From: TPA_inf: Saccharomyces
Lineage: Eukaryota
Length of the DNA: 64,000 bases
Assembly: GCA_000146045.2 (NCBI GenBank)
Contig: BK006941.2
Coordinates: forward strand, 544,001 to 608,000
Reading direction: 5' to 3'
The translations under genes and the position numbers were made by a program. Shown in pieces: positions 57,661 through 64,000 of the stretch (position 1 is the first letter of the stretch; the number at the start of each line of letters is the position of its first letter). The notes beneath the pieces were generated by a model, which saw only the letters and a program-made list of their open reading frames with translations, made no database searches and had not been told where the DNA came from.

Positions 57661-60447
57661 ATGGTGGAGCAAGATAATGGGTTTTTACAGAAGCTACTCA
57701 AAACACAATACGATGCTGTCTTCCATTTAAAGGATGAAAATGGTATAGAAATATATCCAATATTCAATGTACTGCCACCTAAAAAAGAATATCCAGACTA
57801 TTACATTATAATAAGGAATCCGATATCTTTAAACACTTTAAAGAAACGATTGCCCCATTATACATCGCCACAAGATTTTGTTAACGATTTTGCGCAAATT
57901 CCTTGGAATGCAATGACATACAATGCAAAAGATTCAGTAATTTACAAATATGCCATTCTTCTTGAGTCTTTTATTAAAGGAAAGATCGTGCACAATATAA
58001 GAAAACATTATCCCGAGGTGACATATCCATCTCTAGGTCGAATTCCGGAAATATTCGCAGAGAGTATGCAACCCTCCGATTTATCCTCGAACCCCATTAA
58101 TACACAGGAAAATGATGAAAAGGCTGGCTTAAATCCAGAGATGAAAATGGCTTTCGCAAAACTAGATAGTTCGATCACTGAAAGGAAACCAACCAACCAA
58201 GATTACAGGATGCAACAAAAAAACTCACCAGCGTTTCCAACCCATTCTGCTTCTATAACACCGCAGCCGCTGGCTTCACCTACTCCAGTTGTTAACTATG
58301 CAAATATTACCTCGGCGCATCCCAAAACCCATGTTAGACGCGGTAGACCACCAGTAATTGATCTACCCTATGTACTGAGGATTAAGAATATCTTGAAGAT
58401 GATGAGAAGAGAGGTCGACCAAAATAATAAGACGCTTACCCTCTGTTTTGAAAAACTACCAGATAGAAACGAGGAGCCAACCTATTACTCTGTCATAACA
58501 GATCCCATTTGTCTAATGGATATTAGGAAAAAGGTTAAGTCCAGAAAATATAGAAATTTCCATACTTTTGAGGAAGACTTTCAATTAATGCTAACAAATT
58601 TTAAGCTTTATTATTCTCAAGATCAGAGCAATATAATACGAGCTCAACTATTGGAGAAAAACTTCAATAGATTAGTGCGAATTGAATTATCCAAACCTGA
58701 TGAAGACTATTTACCTGAAGGTGAATTAAGATATCCTCTAGATGATGTAGAAATCAATGATGAGAAATACCAGATAGGTGATTGGGTTCTTTTACATAAT
58801 CCAAACGACATCAATAAACCCATTGTTGGCCAGATTTTTAGATTATGGTCTACTACAGATGGAAACAAATGGTTGAATGCTTGCTGGTATTTTAGGCCAG
58901 AACAAACCGTTCATCGGGTGGATAGGTTATTCTACAAGAATGAGGTCATGAAAACTGGTCAATATAGAGATCATCCTATTCAGGATATTAAGGGAAAGTG
59001 CTACGTTATTCATTTTACCAGATTCCAGCGTGGGGATCCTAGCACGAAAGTCAATGGTCCTCAATTTGTTTGCGAATTCCGTTATAATGAAAGTGATAAG
59101 GTTTTCAACAAAATCAGGACTTGGAAAGCTTGCCTGCCGGAAGAACTCCGTGACCAAGATGAGCCTACGATACCTGTTAATGGAAGAAAATTTTTTAAAT
59201 ACCCTTCTCCAATAGCAGATTTGTTACCAGCAAACGCAACTCTAAATGACAAAGTTCCAGAACCCACGGAGGGAGCCCCAACTGCCCCACCTTTGGTAGG
59301 CGCTGTATATTTAGGCCCCAAATTAGAGAGGGATGATCTGGGAGAGTATTCAACTTCTGATGACTGCCCTCGATACATAATCAGACCAAATGATCCACCA
59401 GAAGAAGGTAAAATAGATTACGAAACAGGAACAATAATTACAGATACCTTAACCACAAGCAGTATGCCCAGAGTGAACAGTTCCTCCACAATACGTTTAC
59501 CCACTTTAAAGCAGACTAAATCAATTCCCAGCTCCAATTTCAGGTCCTCATCAAATACTCCACTATTGCATCAGAACTTCAATCAGACTTCCAATTTTTT
59601 GAAATTAGAAAACATGAATAATAGTTCTCATAATTTACTATCACATCCTTCCGTTCCTAAGTTTCAATCGCCCTCTTTATTAGAACAGAGTAGTCGCTCT
59701 AAATACCATAGTGCAAAAAAACAGACACAGCTATCATCAACAGCTCCCAAAAAGCCTGCATCTAAAAGTTTTACATTATCCTCAATGATTAATACCTTAA
59801 CTGCTCATACCTCGAAGTACAACTTCAACCATATTGTTATTGAAGCCCCGGGTGCATTTGTGGTTCCTGTACCAATGGAAAAAAATATAAGAACCATCCA
59901 ATCGACAGAACGTTTCAGTAGATCAAATCTAAAAAACGCTCAAAATCTCGGTAATACTGCTATTAATGACATAAATACTGCAAATGAGCAAATAATATGG
60001 TTCAAAGGGCCCGGTGTAAAAATCACAGAGAGAGTTATTGATTCCGGAAATGATTTAGTACGGGTACCTTTGAATAGATGGTTCTGTAAAAACAAAAGGA
60101 GAAAACTGGATTACGAAGACATTGAAGAAGATGTTATGGAACCACCAAATGACTTCAGCGAAGATATGATTGCTAATATTTTTAATCCTCCGCCGAGCTT
60201 GAATTTAGATATGGATTTAAATCTAAGCCCATCCTCGAATAACTCTTCTAATTTCATGGATTTAAGCACAATTGCAAGCGGTGATAACGATGGGAAAGAA
60301 TGCGATACGGCGGAGGAGAGTGAAGACGAAAACGAAGATACAGAAGACGAGCACGAAATTGAAGATATCCCGACCACGTCTGCTTTTGGCTTAAATTCTT
60401 CCGCTGAATACCTTGCATTCAGATTACGAGAATTTAATAAATTATGA
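57661..60447 (+). CDS. RSC1: RSC chromatin-remodelling complex subunit with two bromodomains and a BAH domain (928 aa)
   Basis: Complete 928-aa ORF with two bromodomain-like blocks (...YPDYYIIIRNPISLNTLKKRL... and ...PTYYSVITDPICLMDIRKKVKSRKY...) followed by a BAH-like region (YQIGDWVLLHNPNDINKPIVGQIFRLW...). Size and position match YGR056W. Confidence 0.8.
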   Translation: MVEQDNGFLQKLLKTQYDAVFHLKDENGIEIYPIFNVLPPKKEYPDYYIIIRNPISLNTLKKRLPHYTSPQDFVNDFAQIPWNAMTYNAKDSVIYKYAILLESFIKGKIVHNIRKHYPEVTYPSLGRIPEIFAESMQPSDLSSNPINTQENDEKAGLNPEMKMAFAKLDSSITERKPTNQDYRMQQKNSPAFPTHSASITPQPLASPTPVVNYANITSAHPKTHVRRGRPPVIDLPYVLRIKNILKMMRREVDQNNKTLTLCFEKLPDRNEEPTYYSVITDPICLMDIRKKVKSRKYRNFHTFEEDFQLMLTNFKLYYSQDQSNIIRAQLLEKNFNRLVRIELSKPDEDYLPEGELRYPLDDVEINDEKYQIGDWVLLHNPNDINKPIVGQIFRLWSTTDGNKWLNACWYFRPEQTVHRVDRLFYKNEVMKTGQYRDHPIQDIKGKCYVIHFTRFQRGDPSTKVNGPQFVCEFRYNESDKVFNKIRTWKACLPEELRDQDEPTIPVNGRKFFKYPSPIADLLPANATLNDKVPEPTEGAPTAPPLVGAVYLGPKLERDDLGEYSTSDDCPRYIIRPNDPPEEGKIDYETGTIITDTLTTSSMPRVNSSSTIRLPTLKQTKSIPSSNFRSSSNTPLLHQNFNQTSNFLKLENMNNSSHNLLSHPSVPKFQSPSLLEQSSRSKYHSAKKQTQLSSTAPKKPASKSFTLSSMINTLTAHTSKYNFNHIVIEAPGAFVVPVPMEKNIRTIQSTERFSRSNLKNAQNLGNTAINDINTANEQIIWFKGPGVKITERVIDSGNDLVRVPLNRWFCKNKRRKLDYEDIEEDVMEPPNDFSEDMIANIFNPPPSLNLDMDLNLSPSSNNSSNFMDLSTIASGDNDGKECDTAEESEDENEDTEDEHEIEDIPTTSAFGLNSSAEYLAFRLREFNKL

Positions 60448-60772
60448 CCATGATAAATTCACCACATGTATCTATATATGTTCATGCATATACCATATAT
60501 ATTTTGTTATTCATACGATAGACCTCAATCGTTTTGTTGCCTTTCAAAACGCACAATTGTAAACCTAGCTTACTATTTATCTATCGCGGTCCAGAATGGC
60601 TTTCCTTTTTAAATTCATCCCAGAAGCCACGTCGGAGTAAAGTATTCGGCCTTGATGACTATTTCGAATCGAAATGAAAGAATAAAAGGAACTAGGAGGT
60701 TGTTCCAACAATTTTCCATGCCGTAATTTCATCGGTTATTAGGTTACCAGCATTTATCTCAGTTTATTTGAG

Positions 60773-61501
60773 TCAAGGTAATTTATTTTCATTCATTACT
60801 GTATGGAGTAAAAATGAATTCCATTTATGTATTCGCACGAAGAGAAATTTATCATCCGTCAGAGACACCAAATTACGGCCGAATTTAGATTTGTTTGCAC
60901 GTAAATATGAGCCAATGAAAGCGTTATTATTCAATGTTTCCAAATTGTTTTCCACCGTTTTATTTTTCCCCAAGAATTCGCTTTTATGAATGTTTTTAAT
61001 ATATGCAATCATTTTATCAAATCCACCGATGATAAAGTTCCAGTGTTCACTCAACATTTTCATAGAATCGTCATGGCTTCTGGAATCGACTGTTAAAATA
61101 AAACAATATCTTCTTTCATTGCCTCTAGCATTTTCATCATACAGTTTAAAGCCTATAACTAAGTTCAATCCTCTAAGATCATCAAAAAATATAAAAGGCA
61201 TATTATCATAAATCATTGTTTCTTCAGAAAAGGCTCTTTTAATAATAGAATTTAGCAATTGGTATCTTATAGAAGAATATTGGGTAGTTATAAACGGAAC
61301 ATCTTCGATGAAGCACCGCATCGATCTAGTTGACTCTTCAGGAAACTGTAAAAGACATGATTCGCAATATGATTCAGTTGGATAATCAGGCACTAGTAAT
61401 TCTTCACCTAGCGTTCCCTTTTCTGCGGATTGTGTAACTGATATGATCCTTGGGCCATGCTTGTCGCAGAAATGAGCCAATGAAATCACTGTCGAGGACA
61501 T
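60773..61501 (-). CDS. LST7: Folliculin-like GAP component for Gtr2, Lst4-Lst7 complex (242 aa from MSSTV...; the ORF opens 3 codons earlier at 61510)
   Basis: Complete small ORF in the position and size of YGR057C. The N-terminal longin-like region is ISLAHFCDKHGPRIISVTQ. Confidence 0.6.
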   Translation of the reverse strand: MSSTVISLAHFCDKHGPRIISVTQSAEKGTLGEELLVPDYPTESYCESCLLQFPEESTRSMRCFIEDVPFITTQYSSIRYQLLNSIIKRAFSEETMIYDNMPFIFFDDLRGLNLVIGFKLYDENARGNERRYCFILTVDSRSHDDSMKMLSEHWNFIIGGFDKMIAYIKNIHKSEFLGKNKTVENNLETLNNNAFIGSYLRANKSKFGRNLVSLTDDKFLFVRIHKWNSFLLHTVMNENKLP

Positions 61502-62135
61502 TCTATGCATCTATTTCATCAACCATTTAAACGCTAACTTATTTTATGGAGGTGCTAGTTAGTTGGACTTTATTGCTTCATTTATCGTTTGATGGTCATC
61601 GAATAGAAGATTCCTAAGCCCTTTTCTTTTTACTCAAGATTTTCTTTTTCAAGCGTGTTTTTTCTGGCAAGTACGAAAACGGCATCTTCGAACTTGGCGA
61701 ATGAACAATCGGTTTGGTTCAACATTTCCAAGAACAACTACAACATACTATCAGTGTTACTTTCAAAAGTCTTTTAATACATTTGAAATGATATTCAGTG
61801 GAAGTGGAATGAAATAGGCCACAGTGAATAGGCCACGATACACACAGCATGTGTCATGCTCAATACCTTGCACCTGAATCTATATAATCTTGTAGTTCAC
61901 CATTATATACATAACTCAGAAGAAGAAAACAATACGCATATTGGATAGTGCTCCATCGCTTTTAACAACTGATAATTTCAGTCATCTGGCTCAGGGTCTT
62001 GTCGATTTTTTTTATTTAGAAACTATCCGAATAAAAAAACCGCAGGAATACAAAGCGATGGGAATTGCTATTTCACTGAACATGTATGTATACCGTATAC
62101 CGCATAAAATAACTATAAACCTACACCATTAAACG

Positions 62136-63143
62136 ATGTGTGCAAAGAAGCTCAAATACGCTGCTGGCGATGACTTTGTACGCTATGCTACACCTAAAGA
62201 GGCCATGGAGGAAACTAGACGTGAATTCGAGAAAGAGAAACAACGACAGCAACAAATAAAGGTTACTCAAGCACAAACTCCCAACACTAGAGTCCACTCA
62301 GCTCCAATTCCCTTACAAACTCAATATAACAAAAACAGAGCAGAAAACGGTCACCACTCCTATGGTTCTCCCCAAAGTTATTCTCCAAGACATACGAAAA
62401 CACCTGTGGATCCTAGATATAATGTTATCGCACAGAAACCAGCAGGCAGGCCTATACCTCCAGCGCCAACCCATTATAACAACTTGAACACTTCCGCTCA
62501 ACGGATAGCTTCCTCTCCTCCTCCCCTAATTCACAATCAAGCAGTGCCTGCACAACTCTTGAAGAAAGTTGCACCTGCTTCGTTCGATAGCAGAGAAGAT
62601 GTACGAGACATGCAAGTGGCCACACAGCTATTTCATAACCATGATGTAAAGGGCAAAAACCGACTGACAGCTGAGGAACTACAGAACTTACTACAAAACG
62701 ACGACAACTCCCATTTTTGTATATCATCAGTAGATGCGCTGATAAATTTATTTGGTGCTTCCAGGTTTGGCACTGTCAACCAGGCAGAATTCATCGCCCT
62801 ATACAAAAGAGTGAAAAGTTGGAGAAAAGTTTATGTGGACAATGATATCAACGGATCGCTCACCATTTCTGTAAGCGAATTTCATAACTCACTTCAAGAA
62901 CTAGGATATCTAATACCTTTTGAAGTTAGCGAGAAAACATTTGACCAATATGCTGAGTTTATAAACAGAAATGGAACAGGAAAAGAACTAAAGTTTGATA
63001 AATTCGTTGAGGCGTTAGTTTGGCTAATGAGATTAACAAAATTATTCAGGAAATTCGATACTAATCAAGAAGGCATTGCAACCATACAGTACAAAGATTT
63101 TATCGATGCTACATTATATTTAGGTCGTTTCCTACCTCATTGA
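62136..63143 (+). CDS. PEF1: Penta-EF-hand calcium-binding protein (335 aa)
   Basis: The N-terminal half is Pro/Gln-rich and low-complexity. The C-terminal half contains EF-hand loops (e.g. DVKGKNRLTAEELQNL, DNDINGSLTISVSEFHNS). Its 335-aa length and position match YGR058W. Confidence 0.75.
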   Translation: MCAKKLKYAAGDDFVRYATPKEAMEETRREFEKEKQRQQQIKVTQAQTPNTRVHSAPIPLQTQYNKNRAENGHHSYGSPQSYSPRHTKTPVDPRYNVIAQKPAGRPIPPAPTHYNNLNTSAQRIASSPPPLIHNQAVPAQLLKKVAPASFDSREDVRDMQVATQLFHNHDVKGKNRLTAEELQNLLQNDDNSHFCISSVDALINLFGASRFGTVNQAEFIALYKRVKSWRKVYVDNDINGSLTISVSEFHNSLQELGYLIPFEVSEKTFDQYAEFINRNGTGKELKFDKFVEALVWLMRLTKLFRKFDTNQEGIATIQYKDFIDATLYLGRFLPH

Positions 63144-63272
63144 TGAAAACCATTCGTTCTTTCTGGTCGTAATACAAATAGAAGAGGTAAACCAATCAAT
63201 GGCCCGTTAGTTTGCCATTTGCTGCATCCTTCCCATGCAAAGTGTCTTCGTATTTAGTGATGTTTTGTTAGC

Positions 63273-63281
63273 GACACAAAA
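63273..63281 (+). promoter_or_regulatory. Middle sporulation element (MSE, Ndt80 site) upstream of SPR3
   Basis: GACACAAAA fits the MSE core CRCAAAW. It lies about 290 bp upstream of the SPR3 ATG. SPR3 is a sporulation-specific septin. Confidence 0.45.
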
Positions 63282-63562
63282 GAGACCTCGATGACAGACA
63301 TTTTTTTTTCTTTACTTAATGTATTATAAGTGTGTCTGACCTCGACTATCATTATAATATTAATTTGAAGTTCTATTTTACATTTATATGAGTTATTCCA
63401 TTACATAATAAGGATATCAAGAGCAGATTAGTGTCTTTTAGATTATACATCTTTTTCCCCCCTTTTTTGTTGTTGGTAGTGGAAAGAAAAGGATCAATTA
63501 ACAGAAATAAATAAATAAATAATAAAAACCTAAAATTCCTTTTGCGTCATTGAATTTTTATT

Positions 63563-64000
63563 ATGAAGTCAAAAGGGAGTCGGTTGTCAACAGACTGTCC
63601 TGTCGAATTTCCCAAGATAGTCTCTGGATTCGCTGAGGAAGTGAAAATACGTAGACAAAGTTCCCAAGGACAGTACGCCGTCGATTCACATCCTCCGAAA
63701 AGCCCTGAACTGAAACACAGAAGACAGAGGTCATCCTCTTTTGTTAACGGTAAATGCAGGAACAGGGACCTTCCATTGTTAGATAACAAGAAAGCACAAG
63801 AAATAAACACCAATTCACACGGCCAAGACATCGGTATCAAAAACTTACCACGTCAACGTGAGTTGTTGAATGCCAAAAATGGAATTGATTTTACGCTGAT
63901 GGTGGCGGGTCAAAGTGGATTGGGTAAAACCACGTTTATCAATTCCTTATTTTCTACTTCTTTAATTGATGATGACATCAAAGAAAACAAACCTATTATT
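63563..64000 (+). CDS. SPR3: Sporulation-specific septin, N-terminal 146 codons (3' end outside window)
   Basis: The frame from the ATG at 63563 is open to the window edge. It reads MKSKGSRLSTDCPVEFPKIVSGFAEEVKIRRQSSQGQYAVDSHPPKSPELKHRRQRSSSFVNGKCRNRDLPLLDNKKAQEINTNSHGQDIGIKNLPRQRELLNAKNGIDFTLMVAGQSGLGKTTFINSLFSTSLIDDDIKENKPII. It contains the septin G1 P-loop GQSGLGKTT. Confidence 0.8.
   Translation, partial: MKSKGSRLSTDCPVEFPKIVSGFAEEVKIRRQSSQGQYAVDSHPPKSPELKHRRQRSSSFVNGKCRNRDLPLLDNKKAQEINTNSHGQDIGIKNLPRQRELLNAKNGIDFTLMVAGQSGLGKTTFINSLFSTSLIDDDIKENKPII

Overview
This window is an ordinary, gene-dense stretch of a budding-yeast nuclear chromosome. The gene order and protein sequences match the right arm of Saccharomyces cerevisiae chromosome VII, from the 3' end of ERV1 (YGR029W) to the 5' end of SPR3 (YGR059W). 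From memory this is roughly chrVII:544-608 kb; that figure is not a database lookup. I called about 35 protein-coding genes from full-length ORFs whose sizes and N-terminal sequences I recognise. Examples are the 1895-aa beta-1,3-glucan synthase GSC2/FKS2, the MAP kinase KSS1, ACB1, the ribosomal gene RPL26B with its 5' intron, the TFIIIC subunit TFC4, RSC1 and MUP1. There are two intact tRNA genes, tRNA-Asp(GUC) and tRNA-Ser(AGA). There is also a probable H/ACA snoRNA (snR46-like). A tandem pair of full-length LTR retrotransposons lies in the ~13.5-kb gap between ORM1 and KSS1, directly upstream of the tRNA-Ser gene. Both are on the minus strand: a 5918-bp Ty1 with intact TYA/TYB, and a 5960-bp Ty2 carrying exactly two ORF-killing lesions. 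I see no prokaryote-style or obviously novel system here. The least canonical items, in order, are: (1) a degenerate tRNA-like locus between TIM21 and RPL26B that keeps Pol III A-box and B-box-like motifs and a T8 terminator, which looks like the ZOD1-type relic tRNA gene; (2) a 163-aa ORF nested antisense inside the GC-rich half of IMO32, the length of NAG1; (3) the nearly intact Ty2 pseudo-element; (4) a ~0.7-kb GC-rich island between SCM4 and FMP48 that no confident gene explains. I also read several promoter motifs from the sequence: PDREs upstream of YGR035C, Met31/32 sites upstream of MUP1, a Crz1 CDRE-like site upstream of GSC2, an a1-alpha2 operator-like site upstream of RME1, an MSE upstream of SPR3, and Rap1-like sites upstream of RPL26B. 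All gene names rest on recognition and memory, not on searches.
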